A DNA stretch of 64,000 nt from Takakia lepidozioides (taxonomy: Eukaryota > Plantae > Bryophyta): the NCBI GenBank assembly GCA_030704615.1, contig CM060734.1:29078001-29142000 (forward strand). The letters run 5' to 3'. The notes beneath the pieces were generated by a model that saw only the letters and a program-made list of their open reading frames with translations, ran no database searches and was not told the DNA's origin. Positions 25,421 to 36,780 of the stretch are shown here, piece by piece (position 1 is the first letter of the stretch; each line of letters starts with the position of its first letter). The translations under genes were made by a program, and so were the position numbers.

Positions 25421-26351
25421 GTGAATGTCGGTACCGACCATCAGTCTGTCTCGTCTCAAATCAGAGCGAATGGCGGCACCAACATTCACAACCATCTACA
25501 CAAAAAAAGCTGATACAGACAAATGCAAACCAAAACACTATGACTACATAGTGATGGTCGGTACCGACAATCACTATGTTTCTGGGCAAGCAGGTACAGA
25601 GAGGTTCTGAGCATTAGCGAACGACGTTAACGACAATAAAAAAACATTACATTTGAAGGACCTACAAGATCGGATTGGTGCAAGGAAATATATCTCTTAG
25701 TGATTGGCGCACCGACACTCACTTTAGTTTAGGGCAGAAAGTGAGTGCACATAAGTCAGAGAGACTCCATTGTGATGATCGTCACAAACAATCACTATGT
25801 CTTGTCTGTTTGTAATGTACTATGCAATCGATACTCTACATGAAGCTACAACATGGTCTCAAAAAAAGTGATTGGCGGTACCGCCATTCCTCTTCCCTAA
25901 TCTGTTCAACCTGAAACAAAGAAAATGCAATGCAAGACTATATGACTGAATATGCCGACCATCACTCTCTCTCCACGCATACAGGTACAGGAAGCTCATG
26001 AGGAGAATTGAATGGCGTTAACGACACTCACACTACACTAGAATAGAAAGCATTGCGTTTGGTGTAAGTCAATACTGGATCATAGTTACTGTCGGCACCG
26101 ACACTCACTTTCTGTTGTATCAGAATGAGAGTTTTGAAAAATAAAGAGAATGACGTTGCCGACAATCACAGGTTCCTGCTACAGAATGGAAGAGAAAGAG
26201 TGATTGAAAGGCAATCAGACTGACTCTATGATCTGAAGAACAGTGAATGGCGGTACCGCCAGTCACAAACTGCTGGTGTGGAAAACGATAAACAGAGGAG
26301 TACAAAGCAAATCAACATGACTTCATAGTGATGGTCGGTACCAACCATCAC
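25421..26351. repeat. Intronic 24-bp palindrome array, at least 11 copies with unique spacers
   Basis: Copies at ~25421, 25466, 25551, 25700, 25772, 25868, 26008, 26085, 26146, 26243, 26328. Confidence 0.85.
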
Positions 26352-26502
26352 TTTCTAGGCATTTCACTCACTCTCTTTGTAGATCTGTAAACAGGAAATG
26401 GAAGGTAGAGAACACTTACTGGCGCCTTCTTAGGTTTTGAGTTTGGATCCCCTTCTGCAGCTTTCCTCTTCCCCCTCACATCTGCTGGAATTTCTGTCTG
26501 CT

Positions 26503-27760
26503 CTAGGGCAAGGGGCAGCTGAGGACTGCCAAAGACCAGGGAGCCAAGTGGCTCTCATGCAATACTGTACTACTGAGAGAAAGGGAAAATGCAGAAAGTA
26601 GGTTGTTCACAGCCAACACAGAGAGGGAAATTGCCTTACACAACGAACAAGAATGGAAGCAGCAGCTGGAAAAGCTGACACTGCGAGCAGGGCTGGATGT
26701 AGCAGACGCAGCCTTGGCCCGAGCGTGGTTGAGTGAAGGGAGTGAACTGGAAATGAAGAAACTCAACACGGCAATGGTAAGACAAATGAAATGTCAATTG
26801 GCGAAATTGGTGACAGACATTCATGAGGAATTCCTGCCACCAATTCCAAAACAAGAGGAGCTCACGAATGAGGACGACCAAGAGGAACAAGACCATGAAC
26901 ACGAAGCACCAATACAATCAACAACAACAACACCAGCACAAACACCACCAACAACACACCCACCACCAAGTCAACATGTACTGGTACACGCCACAGTAGG
27001 GCCATCTACTCAGGAGGTAAACCCCGTACCATTACCAAGTGTTCTGGTAGCATCAACTTTAGTAGCAGTGGATGATTTCCAAATCATGCCATGCAAGCAG
27101 GATCAGGAGTGGCTAAAGTATTCAGATGAATACTTTAAAATGATGATAATCCCAGCCCACCAAATCCCAGAAGTACTAGAAAAGGTATTCAAAGCCTTAA
27201 CCCCCTGTAGGTCATTTGGTCAATTGCATCTGTTCAATCAAACTCTCATACCTTTGAGATACAGGATGAGGCCACTGGCTAGGGAGGAAACATGGTCAGG
27301 GGCAGAATTGGTTGAATTTTGGCGCCAGGCTCCCCTAGAGTACAAAGAGCTGGTCGCTTACATGTGGGCAGTGGGGCAATTGAAGATTAATCCTACCCCG
27401 GCAGTAGACGTTGTAATGGGCTGCCCAAGTTTTTATATTGGCAGCTACTTGTACCGGATGTTCGTCACAATGAGGGGAAGCTGGCAACGCTATGAGAGTA
27501 TTGAAAAAGATACTCACTGGGAATTACCCAAATTCCAGCCACCAGAGAGAGTCTCAGGCACTTCAGCATATACGAACAGACCACTATATGCTGAAGCATG
27601 GCGCCAGGCGAAAGACCACTTTTCACCGTTGGTCTTGGACAAAGACCACCCTTTCAGAGAAACGGGGACGCAAGCTGTTAACTAGTTAATGGGCAGCATG
27701 GCGACTAAAAACATTGTACCCTGGACCAAGGAGGAGCTGCATACCTACCGAGAAACCTTG
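26503..27760 (+). pseudogene. Element A extra ORF, 3' part (coiled coil + conserved C-terminal domain)
   Basis: ORF 26603-27685; YKELVAYM...DVVMGCPSFY resembles element C LKELIAFQ...SIVMGCGLY; lies just before the PPT. Confidence 0.6.
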
Positions 27761-28012
27761 ACCACCAAAATCGACATGGTACGCGCGGACGGAATAGCAT
27801 AACACCCTGATGACGAAAGCTGGCCCACTCATGAACCACGGGAGCATCCAGACAATGATGACAACAGAAACAAGAAGCTGCCACCACGACAATCTTGGGA
27901 CGCACTACCTAACCAGCAGATAGGCATGCCACCACCCTACATCCCCAAGAGATACAACAAACACTGACGAAATTGTGCGGACACAATTTCAAAAGAGGTG
28001 GGGGGGAATAAA

Positions 28013-28180
28013 TGATAACGGCTAAGTATGACGCAGCTACGAGGGCCAGACAGCGAGAGTCACGATGGACATACCGGGTAGTGATTGGTTTACATTACCT
28101 AGTCACGGGCAGAAAAGGCTAAGTGCGCGGCACTTAGCAAACGGTGGAACGAGGATACCCTACCACGGGAGCAGTAGTGG
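28013..28180 (+). repeat. Truncated 3' LTR of element A
   Basis: Follows PPT AAAAGAGGTGGGGGGG; ~93% match to 2647-2815. Confidence 0.85.
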
Positions 28181-29061
28181 TTGGATCTTTCAAGCAAAAT
28201 AACTCCCCAAACAAACTGGTGTGCCCGTCCAGGTGCTTTGGGAGGTGCTTGCAGCAAATATAATCCACACCGAAGTGGAGACGAGGGAAGATTTAACGGA
28301 AGTTGCATCATCTTCCACTGCACCAATTCAGCTTGGTGATGAGGAGACACAACCCATTGGATAGCTCTACGGGAGCTGGGCAAATTGGCAATGCTTGCCA
28401 ATACAATGTGTTGTGGAGGTGGGTGGTCTGTGTTTGCTGCTTTGAGAGGAGACTGTCCTGTACAGTGTTCTGGTCAGGTGCTTAAAGCTTACTGCAATTC
28501 AGTTCCTGTCTTATCATGTCACACTTGCCTTGCCCTATCTGTTTTATGTTTGGCCTTAGCACTTATCCAAGGATATGTTGAGCATGACATTTTGTATGAA
28601 ATTTGAGAAACTGGCCTCTTGGACCAAAAGAATGTTTCAATTGAGGTTTCTACAACAAACTTCCAACACTGCGAAACTAGCCTCTCTCTGTGGGATCTCT
28701 AAGATCGCAAGTCTTGATGCTCCATTGCAGCACAAGGAAGGCAATCGATGACCTCATTGCTACAACATGAGCTGGAAGTGTTGAGGGACCACATCTGCAA
28801 TATTCAGCAAGAGGATGGACTCCTTATGACCTGTCAGGATGTATCATGGAACCCTGTGCAGGATAGGTTTATGCTCGACACTAGTAGTGACCTATGTGAG
28901 GATGTTGAGGAGAACTGTGAACAGGACAAGACTTCAAGTACAGGATTGGAGTCTATTCAACTGCCTTCTCGTCATCATCGGGTGGGCTGCTTCTGAAATG
29001 CTAATGCAAGAAAGCACAAACAAAGAATGTTCTAAGTAGATATGGTCTATCAGCTACAACA

Positions 29062-32000
29062 CTATGCAAGTCCGTAGCTAGAATCTAGAGTTGCGTAGTT
29101 TATCCTACAGAGCATGGTCTCCTCATCCCCGTAAAGAGGCAGGTAGATGATAGAGAAGCAGGTAGAAGAGTGTGGAAATCCCTCACCTGCACGAGGGAGC
29201 TTTTCTACCGAGATCCTCTTCCCTCCAAAACACTCTACGCCCGTGATGAAGACCACGAGGCGTGTGCGCTCAGAGTAGGTCATGCTTCATCTGTTCTTCC
29301 TCAATGTTGAGGAAGGTGCACTTAGCCAAGAACTCATTGGCATCGATGGTGGGAGCTCCATTAAAAACCACTCGGAGGGTCTCTGGAGGGAGCCCTTGCA
29401 AAGCGCCATGTATTTGAATGTCGGCCGGTCCCTGTGAGGTTGCCAAGAGGAATCCCTCCCTCATGGCTCTTCCAACCTCGACCTGGCCACTAAATAGGTG
29501 GCTATACACAATCGCCCAAACCTTCTCGTCCACCTGCTCTTCCCACCTGCCCTTCTCCAAGACAAGCTCACAAAAGCTCCATCCGAGCTCGTCTGATAGC
29601 TCGTCCCTCCCAAAACAAGCCGCCATATCTGTAGCTTCCTTGTAGGAGGTGCATTGCCTCAATGCCCTTAGGAATGCCCACTTCGAACCCCAACCCAATT
29701 GGAAATCCCTCTCTAGAGCCACTCTGAGGCTACCTTCCACATCGTGCAGGGAGGAGTTGTGGCCTCTGGCACCTGACTGCAAAGGGCTAGAAGGGTGCAA
29801 AAGAGAAGGGCCTAGACAACTCCAACTCTGACTCTACCAAGAGGAAAATCAGATACCCCAACATCCTAGCTGCATCTAGTTGCATATCTGGACGCACAAT
29901 GTTTTCGTCTGGCAGAGGATGAAGAATGAGGCCTTGCCTTCAATCTGGATAATCGAAAATACAATTGTAGGCCTGTAGCAATGCAGCAAAATGGTTTTGG
30001 CTTCTATTAGGAACATCAGGTCCAACTTCAGCAGTTACTAGGTTCCAACATAGTATTTTAGCAAGTGTGTCTTGTACTGAATCGGTGATTGTGTCATGGT
30101 TTATTCTTCTACACCAATGACATTCTGATTTTGTAGTCTGTCAGTCAAGCCAGCAAGAAAAACTTTATGAAGTGATAGGTTGGAGGGAGGAGGCTCTCAC
30201 AAAGGGGCGGGCCCAGAATTGCTTCCAGGCGTTAGTGAGCCAAGTGTCTCGCAGCCCACCCACATCACAGGTTTCTGCCTCCTCCATGCCGCTTTTGTGC
30301 ACATATTTCACCTGTAGTTCATGCATGGCTTCTGGCCCATTCAAGTTGACCTCATTCCAATGTTCAGTGAAAGCGTTCAGCTCTTTTCCTTGGTGTACCT
30401 GCTCAACACCAAGGAAACGACAGTGAATATGTGTGTCTGCATATATAGGTAGATCAATTGAGCATGTCAAGGACATAGGGAATATGGAATACATACCATG
30501 ATGTGTTTTGTAGGGCGCTCAGAGTTCGTGTAACTGTAGAGAATGTGATTCAAATAGGCTTTTTGATAAGCAAGGAGGGCGTCCTCAACCTTCCCCCTTG
30601 CCTCCAAAACCTCAGTCTCATCTAGTTGTGCCATTTGCTCTGTGCGACACATTAAGCGGAGTTTGGCTTCGGTGAAATCTGTGAAAGTAGGATCGTCAAG
30701 GATCCTGTCTGCATCCTGTAGGCTCCAAACACCTGGAGCTGGCCCTCCTCCACCAAATTTGGAAACAAGTGCATGTGCTTGGTCCAAGCATGCACTCTTT
30801 TGCATTGACTCCTCAAAAGTATCCCATTCTCGCCAAAATGGGCAAGCCTTCAGCTCAAATGCCCAGCAGATGTCTACAGGGGCGTACATTGCGAGCGCAG
30901 GGTGTCTGCAAAGATTGGACAGCTATGCCTCGGAGTTCATTACGCCTCTGCGAAGGTCTCTTCTGTTGCACAAAGTGCGATAGACAGGACTGTCACTTGA
31001 ATCAATCTGAAGGGCATAAGCCTCGAAAGCTTTCCAAAAGCTGTCGGCTTTTGCCTCCTCATGGGGGTGGTACACTTGGCAGCCCCCCCCTTGTCACACT
31101 GCGTTTGATCTCCAAGGCTGCAAAGTACTGTTGATGGCATGCAATCCATTGTTCCTGCAGTGTGTCAAGGGAGATGAAACGATATGTTGATGGAATAGGA
31201 CCTGTACTGGAGGGTGTTGGAATGGAGGATGTTGGTGTAGTGGCCGCTATTGGAGTGGGGTGAGGTGTCGATGTTGAGGTGATCGGGTCTGCCAAAGCTG
31301 CCATGACAGGGGAAGTCACTTCTAGGTCGACATAGTTTTGGCAGTGACTATTGAATCTCACAACTGAAAAGACTTGATCAAACTCATGAGACATGGTGTC
31401 CATTAAAATACCTAGTCTAGAATTTGTGGGAGCATTTCCAGGGGTTGATGTTTGGCGTAAAAAAGGAGGATTTGGTATTGTTGGTGCTGCTGCTCTTAGA
31501 GGACGGTCATCTTGATCATCATCCCTACCTACATTCAACATAGAAGTGTAGGAGGTAATCGCTGCCCTAGGTAGAACAACAGGATCTAGACAATACACAA
31601 TGTATGTGTTCGCTGGGACTGCACCAAATGGACTTTGACATGTAGGAGCAAAGGGGTGGAGCTTGAAGCCCCTCTCCGAGCCTGTTCCTTCAGGTCTTCT
31701 GTCGCGCTTGTAAAAAAGTCTAGAAAACAAAGTTCCACGAGTGTGTTGATATTGGGGCAGCCTAGAAAAGGCCTCCGCTATTGCAAACTCGATGGATGTG
31801 CGAGCATATGGGGTAGGGTACACATACCCACACCATCTTGATGTTGCAGGCTGTGAAACAACGACTGAGGGTACGTCTGAAGGCCACGAGGCCACCATGG
31901 GAAAAGTAAAGCCGTCTTTGCAAGTCCATACTACAGACCTTGGCAAAGTATAAATAGTTCGGCTCATAATGCGTGGTGCTCGTGTTGAACGTTGCCGTCT

Positions 32001-32207
32001 GGAGGCACGAGCTCCTCTCCGGTTGGAATGTCCAAAAATTGGTGGGTAAGCAAATCCCTGACCTGCCCCTTGAATTGGAGATGGAAGTACGGCCCTTCGT
32101 AGTGTAGGAGGATGCTCGTCTTCCATGTCTTCTTCCATCTCTTTCACGGCTTCCATGTCATCTTCGCACACCATGTCATCTTGGTAGTGGTGCATCCTGG
32201 TAGTCAA
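29062..32207 (-). pseudogene. HECT-domain E3 ligase-like gene, fragmented
   Basis: C-lobe RTRLVVFITG...FPHSSTCFSIIYLPLY..ETML..INYA..SSYGLA (catalytic Cys); N-lobe-like ETCDVGGLRDTWL at ~30250; the upstream ORFs 30467-32207 are joined only tentatively. Confidence 0.7.
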
Positions 32208-32589
32208 ATTTCCGTTGTCAGTGTAGCAATTGTTCCCATCTCTTGATTCCCCTCATGTACCTCGTCCTTTGTAACAATCCATGATTGGCACTACATGAAA
32301 TTGATGTCAATTAGGAGTTGTACCTGTACATTAGGCACGGACAGTGGCTGCAGTAAAACTCTTGGTTTCTTTCAGACTGAAGGGTCCAAATGAGGGAACC
32401 CCCCAACTTAAAGAAGAGGAATTGGGAGGGATTTAGGCAGGATATAAATTTATATTGGTTCATTGGAAAATAAGTATACAAGTCCAACTGGGAGGGAGAG
32501 GAGATGATCCTTGAAACAGGCCAAAGGACAGCTGATGGAGTCTTAAGGCAAGGCCTAGGAGATTTAACATGCTTCACCAACAACTGTTG

Positions 32590-32716
32590 GACTTTGTTCA
32601 TTCTATATCATCCGGCAACTGGGGGTTTCCTTACTCACTGTGTATGGAACTCTATCCTGGAAAGTCATCCCTATGATTTCCTTGCCGAGGGTCACTGAGC
32701 AAAAACTGAACTGCAG
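32590..32716 (+). pseudogene. UDP-glycosyltransferase PSPG-box fragment
   Basis: LFILYHPATGGFLTHCVWNSILES...EQKLNCR followed by a GTGAG donor. Confidence 0.8.
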
Positions 32717-33000
32717 GTGAGAATTCTTTCATCATTCGGAGTTTCTGTTGCCAAAGATATGTGACACTATAATTTTCTTATTTGGAGGCCCAGATTGCCA
32801 TGAATACCTCAGCATATGAAGGGGACTCAGGGAGAAGGGTTGGAAAGGGGTATGAGTAGAGGAGTCAATTGCCTACTATCCTCCTAGAGGTTGGCTAAAT
32901 CCTTAAAATGCATATGAGAAGGGAAAAGTTTTTGTATTGCGGATTCTGAATGTGTAACACATCTACTAAAGACATAACACATCCTATGTTGACTATCTCC

Positions 33001-33480
33001 AGACAGGGAGCCCCGGATGCCCATCCATTCAACCCACGTCAAGACAAGATAAGATAACCAAGGTGAAGGACAAGATGATTTTGCTCTCTTACCTGAACGC
33101 ATGAATTTGTGCAAAATTGAATATGCAGGCCCACCACTGCCAGAGACCAAAGCTGTCACAAACAAATTACAGAAGTTACAAGACACAGGAGCTCCACAAA
33201 ACAAGACTGACATAATATGAATATCAAGAAGACAGGGAGCCCCGGATGCATTCAACCAAGGTCAAGACAATATAAGATAACCAAGGTGAAGACAAGATGA
33301 TTTTGCTCTCTTACCTTAACGCATGAATTTGTGCAAAATTGAATATGTTGGCCCACCACTGCCATAGACCAAAGCTGTCACAAACAGGTTACAGAAGTTA
33401 CAAGATACAGAAGCTCCACAAAACAAGACCGACACAAGGACTCTCCACAAAACAAGACTGACATAATAGGAATATCAAGA
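33001..33480. repeat. ~230-bp tandem duplication
   Basis: AGACAGGGAGCCCCGGATGC...GAATATCAAGA twice (33001 and 33230). Confidence 0.9.
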
Positions 33481-34470
33481 AGTGGATATGACATAAAATA
33501 ACCTATATTATAATATAGGTTATATTATACGAAGTGGATGAAATGGCTTTTTCAACGAGATGGACGTGGATTGGAAAGGAAAGCTAATACTCTGGTGGCA
33601 TGATTGTGCAGGTTTGCCAATGAGCAAGATGGAGCTGAAGCTCGATTGGAAGCTGGAGAAGAATATGATTTATCTGTATTTTATCTATATTTTCATGTTG
33701 CCATCGAAGCGGCTTCCTAGTGCTTGTAATCCATGGTATGATGTAGTTCTCCATTTACTACCATTGTTGTGTTGTACGTGCCTTCAGCTTCGAATCTGGA
33801 GCTTCTCAATCAATTGAAAATTTGGCTGTTGTCTCTTGCCTTCTTCGTTGGATGGTTCACTCACCGGCCCTCTTCGGCCTCCATCTACTTTGCTGGTTAC
33901 AGAATACCAAAAGAGCTATACTGGAAAAGATTCCCATCCTAGGGAAAGATTCCAAAAGCCACGGGCCAAGATTCCAAAACCATAGAATATTCTAACATAG
34001 CACTAGAAAAAAATTCTCTTATCCCCAAGCCAAAATGCTCTATATCATGGGATGCAATGTATGGGCTTAGCATCTAACACTAAGCCCACATACGTACATA
34101 CATCTCCAAAAGTATGTATAACTATACAAAATACATGTATCTCCACCACATGTGCCTAGGATCATTTGGCTTAGGGCTGTTGGAGGACATTTAGCCTAGG
34201 GTCTGGGACATTTGGCTTAGCGAGGTTAAAGGGTTTTAATGACACATTTTGCTCAGTAGTTGCAGGGTCATTTAGTTTTCCCTACTAACTTAGGACTATT
34301 GGCTTTATGAACGAACCAAAGACTGCAATTAATGATCTATCTGTACTTCAATTCTTTTTTGTGTGCAAGAATTAAAATTAGTTCCTTGGCTGCTATCATT
34401 GGCTGCTCTCTGACATCCAAGGAACATAAACACCATAAATAATTTGATAGTCTGCAATTTTGAATAAATT

Positions 34471-34705
34471 GTAGTGGACTTGCTGGTTAGAAACTTGGAC
34501 TATAACCTCGTGGTTGGGGGTTCAATTCATCTTCCCACATTCCCTGAAGTTAGTTTTGAATATGTTCTTCAATTTTGAGATCCCTATGGGAGCTCTATAA
34601 ATAATTAGATAGTCAAAACGTTGTCAACAAATTCTCATGGACTTACTGGTTAGAAGTTTCCAACTTTGACCAAGAAGTTGGGGTTCAATTCCTCTCCCCT
34701 CGCCT
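34471..34705 (+). repeat. Two degenerate tRNA-like units in a ~165-bp tandem repeat
   Basis: TGGACTTRCTGGTTAGAA...GGGGTTCAATTC (A/B-box-like) at ~34475-34530 and ~34638-34692; no convincing acceptor stem. Confidence 0.4.
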
Positions 34706-35399
34706 TTTCTTGAAGTTAGTTTTGCTTTTCTAAGAATGTTACTTGGTTGAATATATACTCACATAAATCAATTGGGATTAGTAAAAACTAAGTAAATAAA
34801 TATCTATATTCTTAAAACTTAAACTATATTCACAAAGAAAATAAACATTGAAATTGGTTAGCTGAAATTAAATTTTGTTGTTTGCCTAATAAATAATATT
34901 TACACTAGAATATCTCTCTATATACATGTATCCACTTGTTCACTTTTCCATTTGACGTTGCAATTTGTGAGGTTCCTTGAAAATTGATGCACGGTGTAGG
35001 TTTGGATGCTATTAACTGAAGCCGAGGACAAATAGAAAGACTCACAACCTTGCATACGATTTTTGGTCGTGATGGCTTGTGAATCTCATTCCAATTTCGG
35101 GAGGAACTCCTTGGTGATTCATTCTGCAAGAATGCAGTTCACGGTGGCAACGTCGTCTGCTCCACAAAACTCTAGTCTGACAGTTATTGTGTTAAAAAAA
35201 ACTACATTTTTTTTTAACAAATATGGAGGGATAAGAACTGAGGGATTTGAACTCTTTGTCGTGACAAAAGAGTTTCTCAACACGAAACACTTGTCTGACA
35301 TTGATTTTGTTCAAAAACCTCCATGCTTTTGAAACAATATGGAGGGATATGAACTAATGGATTTGAACTCATTTGAACTCACGAAACTCTTGTTTGAAC

Positions 35400-35652
35400 T
35401 AATATTTGGAATGACAACATGGATTGTGAGTTGAAAAATTTATATGCTTCAATCCCCATTATAAACACAATCAATATTGAACAATATGATTTACGATCCG
35501 TTTTGTAATTCAGTCAACCACTGGAGAAAATACTAAAAAATTGCAAACGTCGGAAGATGACATTTTCACAAAATCCGACTATTCCATGATGATGGATGAA
35601 TCTGAATATCGTAGTTTAGTTAGACAATTAAATGAAGAACAAAGACTAATGC
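35400..35652 (+). pseudogene. Possible Helitron/PIF1 helicase N-terminal remnant
   Basis: MMDESEYRSLVRQLNEEQRL, typical of the segment before the PIF1 Walker A; cut off by unrelated sequence. Confidence 0.4.
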
Positions 35653-35654
35653 GA

Positions 35655-36780
35655 TGTACGACAGTTGAAGAGATTGGTGAGCAGGGTTACTGGTGAAGCA
35701 TTTGGCATGTTCCATAAATTTACAGTTGAAGAGTTGTGTGCTCGAGCTCGCACACGGAGTCCTTCACGAGAATCTCATCATCAGAAGGGTGCTCGGTCAC
35801 AAAGGTTTGCTGATCCTAAACAGTAAACGGTGAGGACACGGTTTTTTGAGAGGGGGAGGGGTAATGTTAGAGGGCTGTTTGGGACTTAGACGCTTTTACG
35901 AGTTCTGTGGGGTACCCCTAATTTTTGCGCAGACTTACGGATGGTGGACTGAGACCAACAGAAGTCTTAGAGGTGACAGGCGCAGGCTTTAGGGGGGGTT
36001 AGACAGCCTGACACAGCCTGACACAGCCTGACACAGTCAGTCACAGCCCGTCATAGTCTATCACAGCCAGTCACAGCCCGACACAGCCCGACACAACTTT
36101 ACACAGCCAGTCACAGCTCGACACAGCTTGGCACAGCATGTCACAGCATACATAGAGAACGATTATCATTGACAGGGAACAACTGTGTGGGAACGACATC
36201 TACAGAGGGAACATGTTACTTCAGGGGTGACAGTTAGTTAGTTAGTTAGGTGGTTAGAACAGCTTACGGGTAGATCAAGCAGGGCGACAACAGGAAGGGG
36301 ATCATTTCTTGGAGAGCGCGACTTGGTCAGGGGAAGATGAGACGAAACGGAGAGCGGAAACAGTGAAGAGGAGATGATGACTTGATTGAGGCTTAATTCC
36401 TGCAAGCTGTAGAATCAAACAAAAGGGTAGATTAGGGACACCATGGCAATGGCCTGATACTTGATTAATCTTAATCTGATACATATTCGATACAGTCATA
36501 CTGTGTAAAGAGACATGAGAGAAGCTGTGGAATGAATGATTGATTGATTGATTGGAGCTTGATAGATACTGAAGTAATCTGATGCTTCAGTATACACAGT
36601 AAGGTAATTGACTAACATGAAGGCAAGAAGAAATACAAATAGGAAGCACAACCATGATACACTAGCTATAGGTCATGACTAATTGTTCTGAGCGGGCTGA
36701 GTGCTTAGAGATATCCAACTCTTCTATCTTGGAGTTTCCGCCTCGGATAGCGAAGGGATGGGTGAGTAAAAGCCGCTCGA
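35655..36780 (+). mobile_element. 3' fragment of LTR retrotransposon D (PPT + LTR; end uncertain)
   Basis: GTGAGGACAC hairpin, PPT GAGAGGGGGAGGGG (35848-35861), TGTTAG start at 35865; CACAGCC repeats 36003-36148. Confidence 0.55.

Larger units (their letters stand above)
10146..26500. mobile_element. ParB-MTase DNA transposon copy E1 (left end and cargo gene only; transposase and right end missing)
   Basis: Left end CCAGGGATGCCTCGGCTTGAGCCTGGTCGCGTGAGC matches the E2 left end CCGGGGAATGCTTGCGCGTGAGCCTGGCCGCGTGAGC; same minus-strand multi-exon gene; element A ORF resumes near 26503. Confidence 0.75.
2647..28180 (+). mobile_element. Ty3/gypsy LTR retrotransposon A (Athila/Tat-like, extra 3' ORF), host of nested insertions
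   Basis: 5' LTR 2647-3497, PBS, gag-PR-RT-RH-INT, extra ORF, PPT at 27991-28007 and a truncated 3' LTR at 28013-28180. Confidence 0.85.

Noticed and set aside
25421-26351. CRISPR array (palindromic repeats with unique spacers; also 43573-44195)
   Set aside because: Spacer lengths are very irregular, repeats are degenerate, there are no cas genes, and the arrays sit in eukaryotic introns.
34471-34705. Functional tRNA genes
   Set aside because: No consistent cloverleaf or acceptor stem; only box-like motifs.
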